From positions 70,296 to 134,295 of the forward strand of contig CAVZKG010000004.1 in NCBI GenBank assembly GCA_963775805.1: 64,000 nt of DNA, given 5' to 3'. The DNA comes from an uncultured Verrucomicrobiae bacterium. GTDB taxonomy: Bacteria > Verrucomicrobiota > Verrucomicrobiia > Chthoniobacterales > JAFAMB01. Positions 18,401 to 25,400 of the stretch are shown here, piece after piece. The first letter of the stretch is position 1. Every line of letters starts with the position of its first letter. The notes under the pieces are model-generated. The model was not told the origin of the DNA and did no database searches. It saw nothing but the letters and a program-made list of their open reading frames with translations. The translations under genes were made by a program, and so were the position numbers.

Positions 18401-20865
18401 GCCACATCGACGTCGATGAGTGAGCAGGTCAGGCCCTCGTTTTTCCAGGTTGCGACAATCGATTCCAGGCAAGATGCATCCCCGGAAAGCACGCTCGAAC
18501 TAGGACTGTTGAGCCCGGCGACAAACACTTTTCCGGTCAATTCTTGAATACGCGCGGCGACATCCGCTTCAGAAAGTTCCACGACAGCCATCCCACCGCC
18601 TTGCCCAGTCCGCGATTGGGCTCGGCTAGACTCAACAACGACCCGCATCGCATCCTCGACCCCTAGAGCACCGGCTGCGCATGCGGCAGCCCACTCGCCC
18701 AGGCTGTGAGCCCCGACAAAGTCAGGTCGTACACCCCAGGAATTCCAGAGATCGGCGAGAGCCACCTGAAAAGCAAAGAGAGCCGGTTGGACCACTTCCG
18801 TGCGGTTCAAACGAGACTCGTCAGGCGTGGCAAGCAACTCGTCGAATAGCGACCACTCGGCAAATTTGGCAAGCGCATGGTCACATTCAGCAAGTTTTGC
18901 CCGGAACCGGGGCTCGGTCTCGATCAGACTTCGCCCCATTCCAAGCCACTGCGAGCCTTGTGGCGAAAAAATGAATGCCAGTTTCGGTCGGACTGCCGGA
19001 GCGCGCCCTATCGCGATGCGTGGGTGTTGTTCGCCCTTTAGAAATGATTTGAGGAGCGTACATAGTTCCTCCGTTGAGCAGGCAGTAAGCGCGACTCTTT
19101 CGGGTCCCGAGTTGCTGTGCTTCATGGCATTGGCGCAGATTTCCGCCAATTTGTGTTTCGGACCTCCAATAGACAGACCAACTTGCAATTCCTCTGCGAT
19201 CCGCTTTAAAGTGACCGGATCCGCTCCGCTTAACGGCAGCAAATGAATGTCACTGCGCATCCGTTCTTCGACGACAACGTGGCAGTTGGTTCCTCCCCAA
19301 CCAAACGCGCTTACACCTCCGACTGCCGGCTTTGCTGGCTCTGGCCAAGTCTCGAGCTCCGTCACGACGCGAAGGCGTGAACTGGCAAAATCGATGTAGG
19401 GATTGGGGCTGCGATAATTCAGGCTTGGCGGAACTTGTCGGTGATAGACTGAAAGTACGAGTTTAATGAGACCTGCGATTCCTGCCGCGCCCTCAAGATG
19501 GCCGATATTGGTCTTAACGGAGCCGATCAATAATGGCTGACTCGCCGGTCGGTCCTTGCCAAAAACTTCGCCCAGCGCATACGCTTCAATTGGATCGCCA
19601 AGAGGGGTCCCGGTTCCATGCGCCTCGACATAATGAATATCGGTGCCAGCGAGATGCGCGCGTGCAGCGGCTTCTTGCAGAACGGCTTCCTGAGCAAGCG
19701 GATTTGGAGCAGTGAGGCCGTTGCTGGCCCCGTCGTTGTTAACGGCGGTTCCGCGAATCACCGCGTAGATTCGGTCTCCCTCGGCCAGCGCTTGGTTTAA
19801 CGATTTCAGAACAACGAATCCACCTCCTTCGCCGCGCACAAAGCCATTCGCTCCGGCGTCGAATGCAGAGAGTTGGTCGGTCGGAGAAAGGCCACCGAAT
19901 TTCGAAAGTGCGACGGTGGTCTCTGGATCAATAATCATATTCACGCCCCCGGCGATCGCCAACGTGCTATCACCGGCTAACAGGCTTTGACATGCTAGGT
20001 GAACGCTTACCAGAGAGGAAGAACAGGCCGTGTCCAGGGCGATGCTGGGGCCCTGAAATCCCACCGCGTACGAAATTCGATTCGCGACAATGCTGAATGC
20101 TTGTCCGGTTCCTGAATGGATCGTGATCTCCGCACCCGTTTTTCGGGCGATAGTTTCGTAGTCGTGCCAAACAACTCCGACAAACAATCCTGTACGGCTG
20201 CCTCGCAGGGTTTCTGGGTCGGCGCCCGCGTTTTCAAGCGCTTCCCACGTTAGCTCGAGAGCCAAGCGCTGTTGAGGATCCATTTGATCCGCTTCGCGAG
20301 GGGAGATTCCAAAAAAGCCGGGATCGAATTGGTCAATCTGTTCGAGCAGACCAGCTCTCCGCGAATTCATTTTTCCTGGTGAGCCGGGATTCGGATCGTA
20401 CCATGCGTCAATATCCCAACGCTGCTGTGGAATAGGACGAATGGCACAACCTCCCGTTCTCAACAGTTCCCAGAAAGCTCCAGGAGAAGGTGCGCCAGGA
20501 AATCGACACGCAATCCCAACTACGGCAACGTCAAGTTGGCGGTTCGACGCCGAAGAAGAGCGGGTAGTTCGATTGTTCGAACTTGATTTCTCCGTTGTAC
20601 ATACATAATTCGCAAGTGTTTCGACTGTCGGATAGTTCCATACGAATGTTAGTGGAATTTTCCGACCCAGGTATTCGCCCATTCGGTTCAGAAGACCGAC
20701 GGCTTTGATGGATTCAAGCCCCAGGAGACTGAACGGCTCGTTTGTAGGAACCGTTTCGGGCCGGACGCCGAGTGCACGGGCAAGCTCCTCTACCAGCCAG
20801 CCTTTTACGGCCTCCACCTGAGGGCGGTTATTTTCTGATTTTTCGCTGACGGCGCTATCCTGCAT
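12424..20865 (-). CDS. Type I PKS, combined loader + first extension module: ACP-KS-AT-AT-DH-MT-KR-ACP
   Basis: 2813-aa ORF. N-terminal carrier domain: LLGLESIKAVGLL. KS: DTACSSS/EAHGTGT/KTNIGHLE. AT no.1: GAHSLGE, Ser instead of Arg at +25, VAAHS. AT no.2: GHSVGE, Arg +25, YAFHS. DH: HRVFGAIVVP, LLDAALQ. MT: LEIGAGTGGTT...SNVLHATRD. KR: TGGLGGMG, SYAAANAF. ACP: LGLDSLMGFEL. Confidence 0.93.
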   Translation of the reverse strand: MQDSAVSEKSENNRPQVEAVKGWLVEELARALGVRPETVPTNEPFSLLGLESIKAVGLLNRMGEYLGRKIPLTFVWNYPTVETLANYVCTTEKSSSNNRTTRSSSASNRQLDVAVVGIACRFPGAPSPGAFWELLRTGGCAIRPIPQQRWDIDAWYDPNPGSPGKMNSRRAGLLEQIDQFDPGFFGISPREADQMDPQQRLALELTWEALENAGADPETLRGSRTGLFVGVVWHDYETIARKTGAEITIHSGTGQAFSIVANRISYAVGFQGPSIALDTACSSSLVSVHLACQSLLAGDSTLAIAGGVNMIIDPETTVALSKFGGLSPTDQLSAFDAGANGFVRGEGGGFVVLKSLNQALAEGDRIYAVIRGTAVNNDGASNGLTAPNPLAQEAVLQEAAARAHLAGTDIHYVEAHGTGTPLGDPIEAYALGEVFGKDRPASQPLLIGSVKTNIGHLEGAAGIAGLIKLVLSVYHRQVPPSLNYRSPNPYIDFASSRLRVVTELETWPEPAKPAVGGVSAFGWGGTNCHVVVEERMRSDIHLLPLSGADPVTLKRIAEELQVGLSIGGPKHKLAEICANAMKHSNSGPERVALTACSTEELCTLLKSFLKGEQHPRIAIGRAPAVRPKLAFIFSPQGSQWLGMGRSLIETEPRFRAKLAECDHALAKFAEWSLFDELLATPDESRLNRTEVVQPALFAFQVALADLWNSWGVRPDFVGAHSLGEWAAACAAGALGVEDAMRVVVESSRAQSRTGQGGGMAVVELSEADVAARIQELTGKVFVAGLNSPSSSVLSGDASCLESIVATWKNEGLTCSLIDVDVAAHSPQMDSAAEILRASLTGLNPARATTQFVSSVTGDHVAGGELGPEHWAQHVRRPVLFRSVVERLSRDGCTLFLEISPHPLLVGAMRQNLGALDAEGIAIGSCRRTENERLSLLKSAGELYVRGWPIDWQLVERDGQDNVALPAQSIPRWQEAPVDLRTEKLYVLPVSGHTANALRDQARSFRRWLEEKRDTSLADFVYTAAARHAHLEHRMAVVGGHREALCSTLREFAEGGNPSNAFVGTVRSGAQSQIALVCSGQGPQWWGMGRELMASNPAFRMEVARCADEVRRHATWDLLDELRRNEPESRLHKTEFAQPALFALQIGLAAVWRSWGINPFAIVGHSVGEVAAAYLGGILSFEEAVLVVCTRARLMQRAENSGRMAALEINRSAADRLIGKHFGRVSVAAINGPSSIVISGEATAINEIVEAAKSEGARSKILQGVYAFHSPLMEPFLTEMTDSVSGLTTRKARVPVYSTVTGALSTNEDFGAAYWKRNIREAVHFADAVFAMLDAGVNAFVELSPHPVLCSAILQCAASVSRKAHVFPSLRHARSDRQQMFESLGGIYAAGAKIDWSTVYPDGGRVAELPTYQWQRTPHWFEAPPTPVLSTVSIPSLKSAQRSLNHRKLSSPGIRGFIYESSLHPASLGFLRDHRVFGAIVVPAPLMTEMVFSCATEAFSSTPAEVDDFVVHRPLILTENRERIVHVVLEPSVDGVAGFELHSAERLEETELDWALHATGRLIVRRGPLRQDLDSPERLEIDAVLSRCAAAISENDYYELFAARGAQFGPAFRVVEQANAGRSETIARIRLPERLASERSDYLIHPVLLDAALQTIVLTRIHTAGKRETEESLWGFGGFRRLRALRSTATQLICHAVLVPPENATPSILRGDVRVSDENGRIVAEIEAVHFHPISPDSLTSSEDRIASGMLFGVEWKPWSSPAQMLRRSDPLYLPDIEQCENRLRTELAKHPTESDAETETIAALDVVSANLVIRTFQELGWAPAPGDHISTEELIRKLGIAPQHTRLVARMLQILCEEGKARAVRDEWEVIARLPQDRSALTIHDLNDRYPQYRAELDLFERCAGHLSEVLRGVCDPLQLLFPEGSVEKTTHFYEGSRMARGPNQLVREFLQEVVETLPPGKVLRVLEIGAGTGGTTAHLLPLLKDVPCEYVFSDVSKLFLENARKRFSEYPFVRYLLFDVEKSYKLQGITERHFDVIIASNVLHATRDLRRSLANTESILASGGLLALLEGIKPTRWIDLVFGMTEGWWRFEDTDLRSSHPLLSIEKWKELLLSTGYSDAGGIEANPENEPSIFEQAVIVAKTAPHPKIQVEIEKTGQADSRPCAWLVFGDGSALCETTIRSLKLRGNQVVRLDRGETFGTIAKGQFVIDASRPDRIRQAIDAALAATTLPCRHVVFLLGTNEQPEPGEIEPLYDQVVTLFSDALRAAQSIIGSPLQPTGPRLWLVTYGAQPPHPSRLPSLSGASLWGLGRVLAVEHPEIWGGSLDLDPDASIADNVEAIIEQITKPDKEDQSSIRDGIRFVPRLVQPRKTEATQMQVDWSIPGCYLITGGLGGMGLKIAQNLAAQGARKIVLVGRTPLPERATWENLHRGTPEFNRVSSVQEIEAEGAVVRTFSADIADEQDILKVIKILGDEGWLPVRGVVHAAAAADDRLVPQLDSKSFEAVFRPKILGTLALERCLSEEPLQFFVCCSSIGALLGQTGQTSYAAANAFVDAFVHHRRANKRHALGVNWGGWYGSGLALTPGGERTIKALEQRGILGFQPSLGVKTLDLLLQQGATQAAVMRMDWAKFRQTFPMGEEPPLLADIGAAAHPESVQRSSQVPARRFQEQMRDELLAISSGFARRAALEMHLKKLLAAVLKLDPNSIDIEKPMGMLGLDSLMGFELKNRCEQTTGTTLSATMVWNYPTIYALAGHLAEKMEVSLSDTVEAAVHDKKDVSGSTSTEGVSTVLADVEQLSDEDALNALLNGGRD
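14491..15528 (-). other. SAM-dependent methyltransferase domain (between DH and KR) in the 2813-aa PKS
   Basis: VLRVLEIGAGTGGTTAHLLPLL ... YVFSDVS ... DVIIASNVLHATRDL ... GGLLALLEG ... GWWRFEDTDLRSSHPLL. Confidence 0.75.
16711..17652 (-). other. Second (extender, malonyl-type) AT of the tandem AT pair
   Basis: CSGQGPQWWGMG ... GHSVGEVAAAYLGGILSFEEAVLVVCTRARLMQ ... YAFHSPLM. Confidence 0.75.
18061..18984 (-). other. First (loading-type) AT of the tandem AT pair
   Basis: FSPQGSQWLGMG ... GAHSLGEWAAACAAGALGVEDAMRVVVESSRAQS ... VAAHSPQM. Counting from the active Ser, position +25 is Ser, whereas the three active-site-Ser extender ATs and the GHGVG AT-like domain (counting from the Gly at that position) in this window all have Arg there. 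Confidence 0.65.
20596..20823 (-). other. N-terminal loading carrier domain (ACP/PCP-like) of the 2813-aa PKS
   Basis: WLVEELARALGVRPETVPTNEPFSLLGLESIKAVGLLNRMGEYLGRKIPLTFVWNYPTVETLANYV. The Ser is in GLES where GxDS is usual. Confidence 0.7.
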
Positions 20866-20874
20866 GCAAAGCGA

Positions 20875-21693
20875 TTAATATTGCGTCAATGTGCCCTCAA
20901 TCCGGCCCTTCCGAACCATCGCTGCAAAAACAGCCAGACTGAGAGGAAGGAGGATTGCCGCCATCAATCCCAGGGTGACTATCGGTTGGACGATCATACC
21001 TATTGAGTATCCTTTCAAGATTGTCAGCCTGAGCGCATCAAGGGAATAGGTGATTGGAATCAGAAACGAGATTTTTTGAACCCACGCTGGAAGGATGTCG
21101 ATTGGAAAATAAGCGCCCCCAAGCATGGTGCCCATCCCGCCGAGTATCCAGGCAAGCGGATCACCTTTCTTGAGCCACAGAATCGTTGCTGCCGACAACA
21201 CTCCGAATGCAACGAAAGTGAGAAGCGAAAATGCTAGAACCAGGATTGTCGAGAGAATATTCACGTGGCTGAGATTAACACCCATCACAAGCACTCCGGC
21301 GGCGATTATTACCAAAGGTTGCAACGCTCCGGAAATCAAGCCGTACAAAGATGACATCAGCACGATCGTTAGTGAATCGGTCTGGCTGCTCAGCATCGCC
21401 TCCAGGCATCCACTTAGCTGAGCTGCACGAATCGAGTCTGAGAACATCCTGAGCGTCAATTGAAAGTACCGAGCAAATGCAACGCCGATCACCACAAATG
21501 CGAGGTAGTTTCCACCATATCGGGCCGTAAATCGCGAATCTCCGCTGGATACTAATCCGTTAAGAAAGTAGAAAAAGATCAGGACCATCAGCGAGTCGAT
21601 GGCGTTCATTACAAAACTCATTTTGTAACTCGACTCGATCTGGAAATCGCGTCTGATAAAAGCGGCAGCTTTGCGTATCAATAGGGCCATCAT
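20875..21693 (-). CDS. ABC-2 type transporter permease (exporter membrane subunit)
   Basis: 272 aa and strongly hydrophobic, with about 6 predicted TM stretches. The N-terminus MMALLIRKAAAFIRRDFQIESSYKMSF is typical of ABC-2 permeases. Its start overlaps the stop of the ATPase gene (21690-21693). Confidence 0.8.
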   Translation of the reverse strand: MMALLIRKAAAFIRRDFQIESSYKMSFVMNAIDSLMVLIFFYFLNGLVSSGDSRFTARYGGNYLAFVVIGVAFARYFQLTLRMFSDSIRAAQLSGCLEAMLSSQTDSLTIVLMSSLYGLISGALQPLVIIAAGVLVMGVNLSHVNILSTILVLAFSLLTFVAFGVLSAATILWLKKGDPLAWILGGMGTMLGGAYFPIDILPAWVQKISFLIPITYSLDALRLTILKGYSIGMIVQPIVTLGLMAAILLPLSLAVFAAMVRKGRIEGTLTQY

Positions 21694-22499
21694 CGTTTCA
21701 CCGCCACGTTTTGACGATAATAGTCGGAAAGAGAGATCCCTCGCGCATTGACATCCGCAATATGGTCGTAAGCCATTAGCTCCCCTTCATTGATCACCAG
21801 AACTCTGTCGCATAGCTTTATTGCTTCTTCGAGCTGGTGTGTCGCGATCAGGATCGTCTTGCGAGAGCCCTTGTGAAGCCGTTCGTTGATCAACTCGATC
21901 AAGTCTTCGCACGCGACAGGATCGAGTGTCCGGGTAGGCTCATCGAGTATCAGCACTTCGGGCTCTGCGATCAGGCCGCGTGCCAGCGCCAAACGCTGTT
22001 TCATTCCCGACGAATAAGTTGAAACGGGTTTGTCCACAGTTTCTTCGAGTCCCACAAAATGGACTAGCTCTCGAATGCGTTCACTCATGCTCTCTCCGCT
22101 CAAGTTGTCGAGTGCAGCGAAGAATTCGAGGTTCTGCGTTCCTGTTAGTCGCCAAAAAAAACTACGCTCTTCGTTCATAACGAATCCGACTGATCTTCTC
22201 GCCGCAGCGTTATGGCGCAAGGTGTCGTGACCGTTCACCAGGATGTCGCCTTCTGTGGGAAGTAAAAGTCCTCCTACAAGTTTGAGAAGAGTTGTCTTCC
22301 CGGCGCCATTTGGTCCCAACACCGCAACCCGGTCGCCTTTTGCGATTTCGAGGTTGATTGATTTGAGGGCGGTGAAAAGGCGCCTTGCCTTGAACGGAGA
22401 CAATAAGATTTCCCGATAACGTTTAGCGATCGGAAATCGCATCGACACGCTTCGCGCTGAAATCAGACCCTGGGTTGGAACGGCTGAACTATTTGGCAT
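21690..22499 (-). CDS. ABC transporter ATP-binding protein (partner of the ABC-2 permease)
   Basis: Walker A GPNGAGKTT, signature YSSGMKQRLALARGL, Walker B LILDEPT. The ORF track starts at 22673, but that extension runs inside the NRPS TE region. I use Met59 (MPNSSAVPTQ, ATG at 22499), which overlaps the NRPS stop by 11 nt. Confidence 0.85.
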   Translation of the reverse strand: MPNSSAVPTQGLISARSVSMRFPIAKRYREILLSPFKARRLFTALKSINLEIAKGDRVAVLGPNGAGKTTLLKLVGGLLLPTEGDILVNGHDTLRHNAAARRSVGFVMNEERSFFWRLTGTQNLEFFAALDNLSGESMSERIRELVHFVGLEETVDKPVSTYSSGMKQRLALARGLIAEPEVLILDEPTRTLDPVACEDLIELINERLHKGSRKTILIATHQLEEAIKLCDRVLVINEGELMAYDHIADVNARGISLSDYYRQNVAVKR

Positions 22500-25400
22500 G
22501 CAGCGGAGTGTTTTCTCCCTGGACGCTTGCAAGACATTTGAGGAGTCGTTTTGCGATCTCTTCTCCATGCAGATACCGAGTCCAGTGGTCGCCTCGTGTG
22601 ACGTGAACTTCGAGACCACCCTTCGGTACGCCACGCCAGCCCATGTTCTTGTCGAAGCTGTGCTGCTTTTCATTTATTATCAATGCGATACTGCCCGGGT
22701 AGGTCTTAACTCGATTGCGATACATTGTTCGCATATAGTCCATTCTTAGTTTGTATAGGCGGCGAGTGGCCGATACCTCCTCGGTTTTTGTCTCTTCCGC
22801 GCCGAGCTTGCGGCGACGCAGATCTTCTAGGATGGCCGACCGTGAGCTTCCAGTGCTCCGGATAATTTGAGCGAGAACATGAATAATATGCTTTGCCCGA
22901 TTCCATGCATTGTACAAATCAAGCCCCAAGGAGCGAAGCACGGTCGGTCGGTGAGTATCAAAAAGGACGAGCAAGCGGACTTCTTCGCCCTGTTGCATGA
23001 GCTTTTCGGCCATGACTAGCGCTACAACACCGCCGGCGCAGTCACCTCCGAGAATATAAGGACCTTTTGCTTGGACGCCTCGAAGTTCAACCAGGAACTC
23101 TGTCGCTACCTCGTTCGCATCTCGGTACCGATCTGACACTCCATCAAGCCAGCGCGGTTGAAACCCGTAAACGGGCTGATCGAGACCAACATGAGGAATG
23201 AGTCTGGAAAGGACACGGAGCGTATCGTCTGCATCCATGAAGCCGGCTACTAGAAAGAATGGTACCCGTGAGCCCTTCGGCTGAGCTGGGACTAGCCGGT
23301 TCCATCTGCAGATTTCGCCTGCGTGATAGTACCTGTCGGCATAGTCGTCGTATTTGATCGTCTTGGACAGCCCAGCAATTGTTGGCTCGATGAAGATACT
23401 TCTCAAAGGGAGATCTATTTTAAATATCGACTCCAAACGCGCGACAAGGCGCGTCGCTGAAAGCGAGTGCCCCCCAAGTTCGAAGAAATGATCAAAGACT
23501 CCGACCTTCGGAATCTCCAGGATTTCACTCCAAGCGTCGGCCATTATCTGCTCTACCTGGTTGCGGGGAGGTACGTACCCCCCTGTGGAATCCGGCTCGT
23601 TTGATTCTGGAGCAGGCAGCGCGTTTCTGTCGACCTTTGCATTCGGCGTAAGAGGAATGCTGTCCAGAAATACAAAGCCGGAAGGAATCATGTATTCGGG
23701 CAGGACAGATTTGAGGCGATTGCGCAATTCCTCGATCGTCGGACGCTGAGAACTTGCTGAAACGACGTATGCTGTCAAGCGCACGTCGCCTGTGTTCGTT
23801 TTGCGAGCTGCTACTACGCACTCTCGTACTCCTGGGTGCGAAGAAAGTGTCGCCTCAATCTCGCCTAATTCGATACGATAACCTCGGATCTTGACCTGGT
23901 TATCAACACGTCCAAGGCACTCCAGACGTCCGTCCGAAAGATGCCTGCCAAGATCACCTGTCCAATACATACGTGTTCCCGGGCGAAACGGATCCGAAAC
24001 AAATTTTTCGGCGGTTAATTCCGTCCGGTTAAGATATCCGCGGGCGACACCGTCGCCGCCGATCCACAAGTCTCCCACCACTCCGCGCGGCACCGGTTCG
24101 AGATTTTTATCCAGTACGTATATTCGCGTGTTGGCGATCGGTCGCCCGATTGTTACCTCGTTGGATTCAATTTGAGCGATCGCCGACCAGATCGTTGTCT
24201 CCGTTGGGCCGTACATATTCCAGGCCGATTTGCATGCTCCAACCAAGCGGAGTGCCATTTCACGGTCCATGGTTTCACCGCCGCATAAGGCCGTTAACCG
24301 CTGGTTGCCTCCCCAACCTGACTCGAATAATAGGCGCCACGTCGCAGGGGTCGCTTGCATTATGGTCGCTCCCGAGTCTTCAAGAACATGTGATAAAGCG
24401 ACTCCGTCTGTAACCGTCTCTCGGCTCGCCACGTGGATCCGTGCTCCGGTGGTTAAAGGCAAGAATAATTCCAAGGCCGCGATATCGAAAGCCGGCGTCG
24501 TTACCGCGAGGAATATATCTACCTCATTAATTCCCGGCTCCCGGGCCATTGAACACAAAAAATTGGTTAGCGCTTTGTGTTCAATTTCGACTCCTTTGGG
24601 CAGACCCGTTGAACCGGAAGTGTAAATGACGTATGCCCGGTCGGACGACTTTGCGATAGTCGGTATCGGTGCGTTGTCGTGCTGTTCAATCGCGTCCTTG
24701 TCGGCGTCCATGCAGACCTTTGTGAGCGTCGAATTCGAAAATAACGTTTCGAGAAGCCCTTTCCGGGTGATTAGCACTCTTGCTCCGGAGTCCTCGAGCA
24801 TGTATCGCAGACGTTCCGCCGGAAAGGCGGGATCCAATGGCAGGTAGGCGCCACCGGCCTTGAGGACAGCCAAGAATCCGACGACCATCTCTAATCCGCG
24901 CTCGATGCACACGCCGACCAATGACTCCGATCCAACTCCGAGCGATTGGAGATGCCGTGCCAAACGCGTAGAAATGGTGTCCAGCTCTTCATACGTGAGT
25001 CCGACCTTTTCGTATCTAACCGCTTCGGCATTCGGTCTGCGGACGACCTGTTGCCGAATGAGGTCTACAACGGTTCGCTCCTTTGGATAGTCTCGGTCGG
25101 TTTCATTTAGTCCTGCTACCAGTTGCTCCCGCTCGGTTCTTGTGAGGATTGGAATTTGCGATGCATTGGTATCCGGTAAAACCACTACTGCCTGTAGCAG
25201 CGTTTTGTAGTTCTCCGCGAGCTGCGTGACCGTCGAATCTTCAAATAGATCCGGGTTGTATTTTAGAACGCCACCATAGGCCCCGGACTTCTCAATGAGC
25301 TCGATTGACAACTCAAATTGACCTTCTTGTTGTGGAATCCAGAACTGTTCCAGAACCAGACCCGCAAACTCGGTTTGCACGCCGGACTCCCCGTATCCGA

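Noticed and set aside
22500-22673. The N-terminal extension of the ABC ATPase ORF, and similar extensions at 12423-12506, 5744-5857, 35319-35426, 38218-38448 and 54482-54598
   Set aside because: These extensions overlap the preceding gene or a promoter and have atypical composition. Internal ATGs placed at start/stop-coupling positions give proteins of canonical length.
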